A stretch of DNA of 63,947 nucleotides, filler included, from Octopus bimaculoides (Eukaryota): NCBI RefSeq assembly GCF_001194135.2. It is 5 parts of 4 records of this genome, joined end to end, with 100 filler letters (N's around TTAATTAATTAA, not from the genome) between each part and the next. Parts side by side here need not be neighbours in the genome. Positions count along the whole stretch, not along the records: positions 1 to 29,060 come from NC_068981.1; 4 more parts are not named here. One strand, written 5' to 3'. The first letter of the stretch is position 1; the number at the start of each line of letters is the position of its first letter. The notes beneath the pieces were generated by a model. The model saw only the letters and a program-made list of their open reading frames with translations, was not told where the DNA came from and ran no database searches. This document shows positions 1-12,660 of this stretch, piece after piece. Made by a program: the position numbers and the translations under genes.

Positions 1-102
1 GTGCATTCCTGTCAGGTATTTTAACCAGAAGTTGGGGATCTTGTCGTGCCCAGGTGCCTTCCAGTTGCTTAGTCTTTGCAGTGCCTGGGTGACCTCTTCA
101 GT
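1..102 (-). mobile_element. R4/Dong-clade non-LTR retrotransposon, 5'-truncated RT fragment running off the left edge of the window
   Basis: Minus strand translates without stops as TEEVTQALQRLSNWKAPGHDKIPNFWLKYLTGMH, the KAPGxDxIxNFWLK motif at the RT N-terminus of RLE-type LINEs. It abuts a (TAA)n array. Confidence 0.85.
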
Positions 103-127
103 TATTATTATTATTATTATTATTATT

Positions 128-339
128 GTTCAGTAGTTTTATTTTTTTAACGTGCTTTCACTTCACTACCGAGCGCAGCTCTGTGCGCCTTGGGTATGTG
201 CTGTGGTTTGCTGTGGTGCTCTTATGTTTACTGTATTGAAAGTGTTTTGCGTAGAATGTGTGCAGTACCCAGTAGTGCAATTTTCTGTATGTTATATATA
301 TTTGTAAGTCCTGGTATTTTTGTTATGTATTTGTCTGAA
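128..339 (-). mobile_element. R4/Dong-clade LINE 3' end (RLE C-terminus plus 3' UTR) embedded in (TAA)n
   Basis: Minus strand reads SDKYITKIPGLTNIYNIQKIALLGTAHILRKTLSIQ* (stop at 228-230), matching the QKxxLLGTAxILRK terminus of R4/Dong ORFs. (AAT)n lies on both sides. Confidence 0.85.
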
Positions 340-391
<52 letters not shown>

Positions 392-947
392 GAGTGAGAG
401 AACAGTGCATGCCATTAAAGTAACACTGGGGTAAAATATACGAAACCCATTATACCCATCATGACTATCCGTCTGATAAGGGTACACCAGGCACATGCAT
501 CACAACCATATGTGCACCACATGCTGATCTCATATCAAGATAAACAGCGCATGACCTCGCAGGTAGAGCCCAGTTAGAATTTTCTTCAGGTCGAGTAGCC
601 CATCCCGCTCAAAAGGTCCCTGAATAAGGTTTGTTTAAGGATGTTGAGCAAAACGCCCATGTTACCAAAGGTGAATTATTCAAACCTCAAAGAATTTCTC
701 TCAACACATGGCTATGATGCTTCCCCCATTACTTCTGCTCATGATCAGAGATGCACATATCGTCAGCCACCAAGGGACATGCTCAACTGGTTAAGGTCAA
801 ACAACTGACAAGCAAATCTGTGGTATTGAGCAGAATATTTGCTGTAGCCCGTCTTTTATACCAAGACAAAACAATCATGCATGATAACACTTCCAATCAA
901 TTAAGATCAGAAGCCAGGAGAGCCACTGCCTGGTACTGCATCAGGGC

Positions 948-950
<3 letters not shown>
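392..950. mobile_element. Unclassified ~560-bp interspersed element flanked by (TAT)n
   Basis: Complex non-coding block with sharp boundaries against TAT arrays on both sides. It resembles an abundant octopus repeat from memory (not verified). Confidence 0.45.
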
Positions 951-1011
<61 letters not shown>

Positions 1012-1478
1012 NNNNNNNNNNNNNNNNNNNNNNNNNNNNNNNNNNNNNNNNNNNNNNNNNNNNNNNNNNNNNNNNNNNNNNNNNNNNNNNNNNNNNNNNN
1101 NNNNNNNNNNNNNNNNNNNNNNNNNNNNNNNNNNNNNNNNNNNNNNNNNNNNNNNNNNNNNNNNNNNNNNNNNNNNNNNNNNNNNNNNNNNNNNNNNNNN
1201 NNNNNNNNNNNNNNNNNNNNNNNNNNNNNNNNNNNNNNNNNNNNNNNNNNNNNNNNNNNNNNNNNNNNNNNNNNNNNNNNNNNNNNNNNNNNNNNNNNNN
1301 NNNNNNNNNNNNNNNNNNNNNNNNNNNNNNNNNNNNNNNNNNNNNNNNNNNNNNNNNNNNNNNNNNNNNNNNNNNNNNNNNNNNNNNNNNNNNNNNNNNN
1401 NNNNNNNNNNNNNNNNNNNNNNNNNNNNNNNNNNNNNNNNNNNNGGGAAACGTTGTCATCTGCTGGTATTGATACATC

Positions 1479-1555
<77 letters not shown>

Positions 1556-2016
1556 TTCGAATAACATCTCATTTTAATTTAAATCTCCCCTAGGATTTAT
1601 ATCTTCTCTCTCTTTTGAATAAAGCCTCATCGTTTTACAAAATGTTTGTAATTGAAGACCAGAAAATATTCACTCCCACAGACATATGCACACTAGCACA
1701 CTAACGCACGCGCACACACACACACACACACTCACACATACACACACACTCATACACATGCATATACACACACACACTGAGGCACACAAGCACATACGCA
1801 TTTACACGTACACATGAACACAGGCACGCGTACCTAAACACATAGATACGTACATATGTATACACCATGATGAGAACAGCAATTTTCCATAGCGTAATTA
1901 CAAACAGAAGTTGTATCATTTTCTCTAATAGTTTTCAAGAGAATTATATTCATAGAATATATGACAAACAAACCAACAAACAAGGAAATACTCACGCATA
2001 TACATACACACGCATG

Positions 2017-2069
<53 letters not shown>

Positions 2070-2117
2070 CCATTATGCATATGTATGCACGTGCGTGTGT
2101 GTGAGTGAGTGCGTGTA

Positions 2118-2162
<45 letters not shown>

Positions 2163-3133
2163 CAAGGACAGAAAAGGAAATATTGTAATACAGAGTTATG
2201 AAATGTATAAGAAAGCCACCGTATTTATATGACAAAAGGCTTCCTTTAAGGGACTTGAAAAATATCCAGAACAAAAAAAAAAAACAAATACGTTTATGTA
2301 GCAACTTTAGGGTGAATTGCTAATATATTAAATGAAGTTTATATTTTGATAGTATACTTTTTATGTTTTCGCAACTGTCCATGGAAACCATACATAAATT
2401 CTTCTTCCNNNNNNNNNNNNNNNNNNNNNNNNNNNNNNNNNNNNNNNNNNNNNNNNNNNNNNNNNNNNNNNNNNNNNNNNNNNNNNNNNNNNNNNNNNNN
2501 NNNNNNNNNNNNNNNNNNNNNNNNNNNNNNNNNNNNNNNNNNNNNNNNNNNNNNNNNNNNNNNNNNNNNNNNNNNNNNNNNNNNNNNNNNNNNNNNNNNN
2601 NNNNNNNNNNNNNNNNNNNNNNNNNNNNNNNNNNNNNNNNNNNNNTATATATATATATACATAGATACATACATGCAAACATACAAACTTACACACATAC
2701 ATACATACATAAATACGTACAAACTTACACACGCATACATAAATACGTACAAACTTACACACGCATACATACATACATACATACATACATGCATACGTAC
2801 GTACATACGTACAAATATACATATATGAATGTGTATGGATTGATTGTTGGATAGATAGTTTATTATGACTATTCCACATGCTGGTTATGTGGCGTGAGAA
2901 TGCGAATACTAGGAAGATATCCGTGGGAAGCATATACTAACACGTTCTTATTTAAAACTAACATATAATAAATACTTTTGCTCTGTTACTATGATTTCGC
3001 TCACATTATATCATTGTGTGTATATCTACAGTTATATCTATATCTATATCTATATTTATACGTATATGTGTGTGTCCATCCGCGCACGTGTATGTGTGTA
3101 TATGTGTGTGTGTGTATGCGTGCATGTTTGTCA

Positions 3134-4075
3134 TATCTTGACTTTTCGAAGGCCTTCGACAATTCTGATTGCGGGCGTCATATGTCACAAGCAGCGAAAT
3201 GTTGGTATGGTTGGTAGAGGAGTGTGGTTACATGACATCCTAAAAGATAGAAGTCATACAGCGGCAGCCAAAGGTGCTTTTCCGAAAAAAACACAAATTC
3301 TGTGAGAAGTAGCCCAGGGAACTGTGTTGGGATCATTAGTGTTTATAGTAGTCATGCCTACGGTCACTCAGAAAGCCACTGTTACTAGCTACACCGATGA
3401 TGCAAAATGGGCTGAAGAAAACAGCATGTAATTTAATGCTGGGAAATTGCAAGCACTCCGCTATCAACTCACAAATGCACCACAGTTTCAATATACAGAA
3501 TCAAAAGGTATTGCTATCCCGGGGTCACAGACATTGAGGGTCTTTGGAATCAATATGTGCTATAATACATCATTTCATGCTCACATTATCAAGATGGCAA
3601 CAAAGTGTAGACGATCGGCATCAGAGATGCTAAGGGCCTTCAGAACAAGAGATCAAGAAGCCATGCTGATCCTGTGGAAGACCTTTGTTCTGGACTATTG
3701 CTCTTAGATAGTATCAAACTAACAGTAGAGATTGAGGAAATCCATAGCTGCTTTGTCGTAGTGCAACAGATGAACTGCTGTGAGAGGCTGAAAAAGCTAC
3801 CACTTTACTCCCTGGAGGAAGATGCGAGAGATTTGTAATAAATTACATGTGGAATATCCTGGAAGGGCTTGCATCTAACCTCGATATCTACAGTGTTAAA
3901 CAAAAGCCCTTATAGGATACCGCCGCATAGTACCAAAGATACCGTCCGCTCCATTTAATGTGAGAGCGAAATACTGCAGTAGATTAAGATTTAAAGGCCT
4001 GCAGCTCTTCAATATTCTACAAAAACCTACACCATGTGGATGTAGATGCTTTCAAACAGGAATTGGGCATTCCAC
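3134..4075 (+). mobile_element. Decayed CR1-type LINE, RT and C-terminal region
   Basis: Frameshifted motifs YLDFSKAFD, VAQGTVLGSLVFIV, SYTDDAK, LRAFRTRDQEAMLILWKTFV and CSRLRFKGLQLFNIL, with several stops. Confidence 0.85.
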
Positions 4076-4590
4076 TATCCAAGAAATTAAAAGTGTCAAC
4101 GTCCAGCATGATGTGCTGACGAAGGGCATCAGTGTCAAATTTCCTTATGCACCAAATGAATCAACAATCAAGGAGAAAATTCAAACAAGAGCGGTGATAT
4201 GAAATCCCACCACCTAGGAAAAAACAACCACAGAATGGAGCTATACAAAAGATACAAATTCAGTTACTACACAACTGCAGCCGAATAGCTGAAACGTATA
4301 AAATATTAAAAGGATAAGAGAATGTGTATGTGTGTGTGTGTGTCTGTATGCATACATACACATATAAATTGAGATAATGCTTACCGATAATGTTGTCACT
4401 TAACCCCAAGTCACCTCGGTCGAGCAGACCGAAAGACATCTGGAGTTGTCCCCCATAAATGCCGAAATGATATTAAGTATAGAATTAATGTTATCTTTTC
4501 CTCACTATATATGTACTTTCTGGCTAAAACCTAGATATATTTCTAATTATAATTTTGATATTCACTGCATTTAGCATATTAACAACGCGA

Positions 4591-4640
<50 letters not shown>

Positions 4641-4999
4641 NNNNNNNNNNAAAGTTAGGGGTTGTGAATCTAACCCACTAAGGGATAATATCTATCCAAT
4701 ATACTGCTGGGCGGATACCCAAGTACAGTGTCTGCAAGTTGATGAGTACCACATATTCCCCTCCATTTTCTTATTGCTATATATATATATAAAAAAATAC
4801 GGAGGTTTAGTTCACAGGTGATTTAAACGACTAGGTACGCTAGCTAAGTGCTGTGACGGATTACTAGGGCTCTAAAACAGAAGTTATGGTGCCATTGCAG
4901 ATTTCCAATATAGAGGATATATAATTGTTAAAGAGGACAACAAACGTTAAGGCAAGGCAAACATCTCAAGTCATATACATTATTATTATTATTATTATT

Positions 5000-6110
5000 G
5001 GAAACACATTCAAAGTCTTACAGCTGTTTCTGGGATACCCCAGAGTATGGGATATTCCGTCATCGGAGACAAATAGGGAAATGAGAAGTGTATAGATTAA
5101 GAAAATGACGACATACAGGACAGGAGTAAAAGAATAAGCAGATGAAAAAAGAGGAGAAAAGAAAAGCATAAAAGTTTACAGTTCAATTTTTCCGATCTTG
5201 TAGAAATAAGTCCGAAATCCATGTAGGTTAAAGTCCTGATAGCGTAAATATGCAGAAAAAAGAAGCGAACATATCAACGTTCAATAACAGAATGGTAGCG
5301 GAGATGGTTATTAAGTGGTAAAAGGAAGAATAGTAAATAGATAGAAAGAGAGGTCACTAGAGGGAGGGGGAAGTTAAGGGGTGACGTTAAGGATAAAGTA
5401 AGGTATATGAAAATATAATGTCTAAGAATACAGTGTACAAAGATAGCCAAGAAAATAAGAGAGAGGGGCAGGTAAAGGAAGATAACGTAAAAAAAAGACA
5501 AAATAAACAAAATAGAGCAAAATGAAAGGTTTTAAAGAGAATAGTAGGTGCCAGTGATATTATTCTAGTCTATGGAGGTTGGGGAGGAAATCTAGTAGTA
5601 AATCCTTGTGTCCGTTATGGGTGTGTAGATAGCCGTGAATTGAGAGACTAGTTGAATGTTAAATCATTTAGGAATAGGAGTTAGAATTAAATATTAAGGG
5701 ATTTATTAAAGGATAAATATTTATCTTATAAAGTGATAAGGTAATACTGTTAGACGAAATATAGAGGGATATGTGTTAATGATCATAGAGGTTTGTATGT
5801 GGGTGTTAATCGTGATCTTACATTTAGATTTATGAAATATTTCAAAAGTGCGGAAGAATTTGTGTTTACACATTGTGAAGGCTTCGTTGTGTTTATTAAA
5901 CAATTGTGGTAAGTTATGGGTTAAACGTTTGAGGGCTTCTTTTAAGCAGAGTCCACAAATGGATTGCTGGCCCTGATATGGGATACCAGATTCTATTATA
6001 GTATCAATATCAACGCCAGCGTTACCAATATTATTTTTTATTATCAACGTCATAATCGTTATCGGCATCGCTATTATAGTTATTATCATTATAACTAGTA
6101 GTAGTAGTAG
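5000..6110 (-). mobile_element. Penelope-like element (PLE) 3' fragment: linker, end of GIY-YIG endonuclease and 3' pseudo-LTR region
   Basis: Minus strand reads IIESGIPYQGQQSICGLCLKEALKRL...LFNKHNEAFTMCKHK, fitting the CxLC...LNKxxE...CxH terminus of PLE endonucleases. A hammerhead motif lies at the distal end. Confidence 0.75.
5015..5070 (-). ncRNA. Minimal type I hammerhead ribozyme motif with a U4-to-C core change
   Basis: GUCU-CCGAUGA-[CGGAAUAUCCCA UACUC UGGGGUAUCCCA]-GAAA-C-AGCU-G-UA-AGAC. Stem I is GUCU/AGAC, stem II is 12 positions with 2 mismatches, loop III is palindromic and the cleavage triplet is GUA. Confidence 0.75.
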
Positions 6111-6220
6111 TAGCAGTAGTAGTAGTAGCAGTAGTAGTAGTAGCAGCAGTAGCAGCATTATTGGTAGTAGTGTTGGGATTAGCAGTGGAAGTGGAGATGG
6201 TATTAGTGATGTTATTATTG

Positions 6221-6284
<64 letters not shown>

Positions 6285-6385
6285 CACTACTACTACCACT
6301 ACTACTACCACTACTACTCCCCTCTTCCTACTGCTGCTGCTACTACCTCTACTACTACTACTACTACTACTNNNNNNNNNNACCT

Positions 6386-6419
<34 letters not shown>

Positions 6420-6444
<25 letters not shown>

Positions 6445-6483
6445 GGTTATAATGATAACAATTTGATAACGATAATGACGAAG

Positions 6484-6533
<50 letters not shown>

Positions 6534-6979
6534 CATGGTAACGCTGGCATTGATATTGATACTAGAAATGATGGCAATAACAACAGCAATTCATCTAATA
6601 CTACCCTAGCCACTACCAGCACTACCTCATCTCTCTCTCCAATTAATCATCGTAGAACTGATAGCTGCAACTGCAGATCTGGGACAGACTGCCCGCTGCA
6701 AGTCCATTGCAGAAGATTCAACGTCGTATATCAATGCACCGTTCACAACATGGTAAATAACTCTTATAGCTACAACATTGGATCCACCACATATTTTTAA
6801 ACAAAGATATTATGACATTTAAACTCGTTTAAATATAAAGGGAATAGCAATTCCACATTACTAGCCAGTCACGTATACTATGTAATTAATAGAAAAGTAC
6901 AATATAGACTTACCTGGGCTATAATAAACTCTGGTATCCCATATTAGAGCCAGCCCTCCATTTGTGGACTCTGCTTAAA

Positions 6980-6980
<1 letters not shown>
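6420..6980 (+). mobile_element. Penelope-like element fragment: low-complexity linker and GIY-YIG endonuclease
   Basis: Reads ...SCNCRSGTDCPLQVHCRRFNVVYQCTVHNMVNNSYSYNIGSTT, then after frameshifts FKQRYYD/LNSFKYK...STLLASHVY...LTWAIINSGIPY*SQPSICGLCLK. It ends at a (TCTA)n array. Confidence 0.8.
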
Positions 6981-7047
<67 letters not shown>

Positions 7048-7683
7048 CCGAGTTACGGAAACCCTAGTTAAGAAGTTTCATGTTTGTGGACATTGCAAAG
7101 TATGGCAGGTAATTTCGGGATATACCTTATAATTCTATTCTTATGTTTACCTTCAGTATAGTGAATGCAGAGGAAGACATAATTGAATCAGGTGATAAAG
7201 TGTTATCCTCACTTATGAAAGAACGGTATGCGTTTCTATGTTAGACTTGGCAACGGTGGCGATTAACAAGAAAATTCTACATAAACTACTAGTAAAGCAG
7301 TAAAATACTAGAAAGTTTTGAAGTTGTACGTTGGTAAAAAATTATTTTACTACGGACGCAAGAATTGAATATGAGTAAATGTAAAGAGTGGGGTGATCTT
7401 GAAAGGTGTGAACTGTGGGAAGTGGGCGGAAATATTGCATGATTAAGGTTAGAGCAAGAACCAGATCACTTGAATTGAAATGCACATAAACAAAGCTGGG
7501 CAGAGGAGAGAATAGGTATTTTTCATTAGGAATAATGTAAAATAAGGTCAGTTGAAGTGGTGCACGCATAAACAATGCAGAAGCAGATGATAACGAGTAG
7601 GAATTACAAAGAATATCAAAGATAATGTCGTAACTGAATTGGTATACTGTAATTAACAAAACCATGCATCGAATCGGATCATG

Positions 7684-8813
7684 TTAACCCTTTCGCTCTG
7701 ACTTTTGCACAATCAATTTTTATTATTCTTTCACATTTTCTGCTTCTTTAGACCTTTATTATCTATCATATTTAAAATTTAGTCTTTTTTTTTTTATCGG
7801 TACATATGATTTTTGGATGTGGGCAAAAATGTGCCAATAGTATTCTAATGAACAAATACTTGGGACTATCCTATCCCAATAGTATTTCACATGCACGTTG
7901 AGCAAGTTCTGAAAATTATGAAAATAAAAATGAAATATATCTTACAGTTTATTTCAAATGCAAAATGAAGCTATAATTGTGTTCTCATATATTTATTATA
8001 ACACATCACAATTAGTTTTCCGAATAACACTTATAAAACAATATATATAATGACCCCTTCCAAATAATACTTATGAAATGATAAACAGATTTCTGTACTC
8101 ATATAATTACTATGTAATTGTATGTTTTTTATTCTTATATCATACTAACTAATGAATATATTCCTTTTCTGAAATGATATTTACGAGAACAACCATGATT
8201 TATACATACATACCATGTGTGATAATACTGTAAGACATTCATCAATGCATAAAGGAATGGTGCATTTCCGGCAAATGTATGGGGTCCTCCTTTCGTTATT
8301 CCTCGAAGTACATCTGCTTCTGCAACACTTTTGTTTTACTGGCATATGATCACCTACATTCGAAATGATCTTTGAATTCTTAGAAGGCTGTCTGAAAGAT
8401 CTCATTTTCTTTTGTGTAAAATTCGACCTTCCTGCCTCGATCAAACGTTCAACTACATTTATTAAGAAATTTATAAATGGTGGTTTCGTATGGTGAATTT
8501 CAGAGTGAATAACATACCTGTTATAAACAGGTGTCATCAGAAGCCTGAAGAACTGTTTAGTCTACCATTTTCTACTTTTTCGATCCAGTTCATACAGTGT
8601 TACCATTTGATCAGAGCTATCTACTCCACCTATATGTTTGTTATAAAACATAGTCGCTTCTGGACAAGTGGACTCTTTCATTTTTTCCATCCTACTCCTT
8701 ATGCTGTAACCCTGATTTGTCCCATCCCAAGCCATTTTAAATGAAAAAAATTCACTTTAGAATTAAAAACTTTTCATGAGATACATGTGTCCCATTAGGA
8801 GCGAAGGGGTTAA
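7684..8813 (-). mobile_element. piggyBac internal-deletion derivative with TTAA target duplications
   Basis: TTAA at 7684-7687 and 8810-8813; TIR CCCTTTCGCTC vs CCCCTTCGCTC. Minus-strand remnant CPEATMFYNKHIGGVDSSDQMVTLYELDRKSRKW*TKQFFRLL and C-terminal Cys-rich CRSRC...TPYICRKCTIPLCIDEC. Confidence 0.92.
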
Positions 8814-8922
8814 AGTGTCACGCTAAAGTTGAAACATTTCTATAATAAAATTCATTTTTCCATGCTTCAGGATTCTAATTTAAAATTATCAAAATTTACC
8901 CGAGTTTTCGTAAACTATTGTT

Positions 8923-9332
8923 TGGGACAGGCAAGAAAAATTATATACCGTCATAGAGGTCAGCTGTCCTGCTGATGTGAATATCTCTCTCAAAATCAAG
9001 GAGGAAGAGGATAACTTCCGACAGTTGCTTCGAAATCTTCAGCTTTCATATCCAGATTATCAATTAACATTTATACCAATAATAATCGGTACATTTGGTT
9101 TTGTAGAATAAATGCCTAACAGACAATTTGGAAAAGCTAGTGTTTTCAGAAAGAGAAATCAGCCAACTAACTCTCACGTTACAAATACAATTTGTAAGGG
9201 GAACAGTAAAAATATGAAAAAAAGCCATTTCTCAAGTTTTTTGTTATCTACATTTCCACGATGGAGCTTTGTATCTTAGAAACAAACTCCTTCAGTGGAA
9301 GAATTCAAATAATTAAAAACACAAGAGAATAT
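8923..9332 (+). mobile_element. RLE-type (R4-like) LINE 3' fragment followed by (TACA)n
   Basis: WDRQEKLYTVIEVSCPADVNISLKIKEEEDNFRQLLRNLQLSYPDYQLTFIPIIIG...NLEKL...LQIQFVRGTVKI. It is homologous to 38053-38565, 49470-49597 and 60332-60605. Confidence 0.8.
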
Positions 9333-9399
9333 ACATACATACATACATACATACATACATACATACATACATACATACATGCATGCATACATGCATGCA

Positions 9400-9433
<34 letters not shown>

Positions 9434-10033
9434 CATGCATGCATACATACATACATACATACATACATACATACATACATACATACATACATAAAACCTT
9501 CAAAAGCAGTGCTTCAGAATGGCTGCAATACAATGCCTGAAAAAGCAAACGATAATACATATTATTTAATAACAGTGTGACTCAACTAATTATAACTTAA
9601 AGATTCTTGAGCTTGCAGGCCGATGAATTCTCATTAGATATGTAGAGAAAGGTAATGAGACTTGAAACAAATTTAAGATCTTATAGATATATGCTTAATT
9701 ACACCATTGGCGTTGTCTGTAAAAGCATGTGCATCGCATCTTATCCATTTATATATATAAATATACTAGTGTGTTACATTTGGAAGTATACTTTGGCCAG
9801 CATGTGTATTATCAGGAAATATGTCATACACAAATCATGTTTTACAACAACAATTGATCTAAGAATACACAGCACCTAAATTTACTTTGATGCAACGAAA
9901 GAAAGCCTCCTGCAGAACCAGACGTTCTGTTAGCTATGGTAGCCAAGTTTCTCACAAATCATGTCTATTCTCTTAAGAATATATGGGAAAATGTCCCATA
10001 TATATAAAAAAACAATCTATCTAACGATATACG

Positions 10034-10091
<58 letters not shown>

Positions 10092-10195
10092 AAGTACATA
10101 CATATAAATACATGCATACATTCATACACACACATGGTATTTACTATTTTATACTTGATTTTAACTGAAAAAACGGGTTGCGACTTACATATGTT

Positions 10196-10233
<38 letters not shown>

Positions 10234-10289
10234 GCGGTATGCAATGTTTACCAAAAAGGAAAACCATAATTGCCACTAAATATGACTAC

Positions 10290-10640
10290 ACCATCTTTGA
10301 GCTGAGGCTAATTGTCCTCTCTGAGACAGAAACGCTGACAACGTACCCAGTCACGGAGAAAATGATACAAGCATTTTAGATGCGGTTCTTTCGCAGATTG
10401 GGTGGGGTGTAAGCAAGAAAGGCAAATAAAAAAATTCTGCAATGCTAGAAATTCTGAAAGTTCAAAGATACCAATTGTCAAGAATGAATCCCACAAAGCT
10501 ATCATATTTTGGACATACCATTGTATGTCCAAAATATGACTACGAGTCATTGGCAAAAACCATCCTGCCAAGAAGTGCTGAAGGGCCATTGAAACCGTTT
10601 GTGGATTGATGGCACTATAAAATGGACCTGAAACTGAAGC
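10290..10640 (+). mobile_element. Strongly decayed RTE-like LINE C-terminal fragment
   Basis: ETLTTYPVTEKMIQAF*MRFFRRL and KLSYFGHT resemble the ETWTL...IQAFEMRxxRR and KLxYFGH motifs. Confidence 0.6.
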
Positions 10641-11064
10641 TTGGGTGATCGTAAGCGTGCAGAACAACACAAGAACATTCTAGAGAAGTCGACTCTTGTG
10701 GGCAAGGTCTAGGTACCTGCCTGATGCTGAATATATGCATAAATATGCATATATAAATATACATATATACATATATGTATATGCGTAAATGTGTATATGT
10801 ACATACATATATGTATATGTATATATACAGGTATGTATTTACACACACACACGCACGCATACACACAAATATGCTGTCTGTATGCGCTTCTACCTATACA
10901 TCCATACAGAGAAAGAAAAAGAAAAAAACAGGTAATGGGCGTGAGCATTTTCTAGCTACAAAGCTGTCATTCTTTATGATTTTTAGAAATTATATAATAG
11001 AGCACCTGGATTGTTGGATATTATGTGAAACGCAATCACCTGATTATGACAGTATTATTATTGC

Positions 11065-11107
<43 letters not shown>

Positions 11108-11639
11108 TTTTTTTTTTTTTATTTATTGTTATTATCACTATTTCCTCTANNNNNNNNNNNNNNNNNNNNNNNNNNNNNNNNNNNNNNNNNNNNNNNNNNN
11201 NNNNNNNNNNNNNNNNNNNNNNNNNNNNNNNNNNNNNNNNNNNNNNNNNNNNNNNNNNNNNNNNNNNNNNNNNNNNNNNNNNNNNNNNNNNNNNNNNNNN
11301 NNNNNNNNNNNNNNNNNNNNNNNNNNNNNNNNNNNNNNNNNNNNNNNNNNNNNNNNNNNNNNNNNNNNNNNNNNNNNNNNNNNNNNNNNNNNNNNNNNNN
11401 NNNNNNNNNNNNNNNNNNNNNNNNNNNNNNNNNNNNNNNNNNNNNNNNNNNNNNNNNNNNNNNNNNNNNNNNNNNNNNNNNNNNNNNNNNNNNNNNNNNN
11501 NNNNNNNNNNNNNNNNNNNNNNNNNNNNNNNNNNNNNNNNNNNNNNNNNNNNNNNNNNNNNNNNNNNNNNNNNNNNNNNNNNNNNNNNNNNNNNNNNNNN
11601 NNNNNNNNNNNNNNNNNNNNNNNNNNNNNNNNNNNNNNN

Positions 11640-11699
<60 letters not shown>

Positions 11700-12194
11700 A
11701 TATTACTGTCTGGTTGCGTTGAAGTGACTGAGAGATACTTCTGTCTGTAAGTCAATCTGTTTGTTCTCCTCACCTCGCCCTGTGTATATGTGTGTGTGTG
11801 TAATTGTGTTTATGCATAGAAATATGTTCATTTGTATGCATATGTATGCATATATATTTACATTCACGCACACACACATACATTTTGCTTGTGTATAGCG
11901 TCAGAGAATAAGTATATCTGTACTTGCGCACGCGCATATCTGTGTGTGTGTTGTGCGCGTGTGTGTTGTGCGTGTGTGTGTGTTGTGTGTGTGTGAGTAT
12001 GTGCATGTTTGATTGTGTGTTTGTGTGTATACATGAATAATCGTAGTTTCAAGCTTTCATTAGCAGAAAATTTTAAGCACGACTTGCACGTGTCTTATTG
12101 ATCAGATATTTGCTTTGGGTGAAATTTAGCTGTGCACATCTTAGAAAATGGGTTGATGTTGGTATCTTCTTAACTTGGTAGCCTTTCATTGTGG

Positions 12195-12416
12195 AATATG
12201 GTAAGTAGCTTGCTTACCAACCACATAATTCCGGATTCAGGCCCACTGCGTGACACCTTGGGCAAGTGCCTTCTACCATAGCCTCTGGCCGACCAAAGCC
12301 TTGTCAGTGGATTTGGTAGACGGAAACTGAAAGAAGTCCGTCGTATATATATATATATATNNNNNNNNNNNNNNNNNNNNNNNNNNNNNNNNNNNNNNNN
12401 NNNNNNNNNNNNNNNN

Positions 12417-12460
<44 letters not shown>

Positions 12461-12660
12461 TGTGTTTGTTTCCCATTCACCCTCAACATCGCTTGACAGC
12501 CGATGCTGGTGTGTTTACATCCCCGTAACCTAGCGGTTCGGCAAAAGAAACTGATAGGATAAGAACTAGGCTTACAAAGAATAAGTCCCGGGGTCGATGT
12601 ACTCGACCAAAAGCGGTGCTCCATCATGACTGCAGTTAAGTGACTGAAACGAATAAAAGT
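12195..12660 (+). mobile_element. tRNA-derived SINE, family B (contains CCTTGGGCAAG core-like motif and internal TA/TG microsatellite)
   Basis: B-box-like GGATTCAGGCCC followed by the same body and tail as copies at 35896-36316 and 51930-52312. Confidence 0.75.

Noticed and set aside
7050-7680. Short GT-AG intron (7089-7156) and possible exons
   Set aside because: Flanking frames contain stops and I recognise no protein motif; chance splice-like signals are common in AT-rich DNA.
10308-10670. Minus-strand ORF resembling a membrane protein
   Set aside because: It is the antisense of the decayed RTE-like fragment on the + strand.
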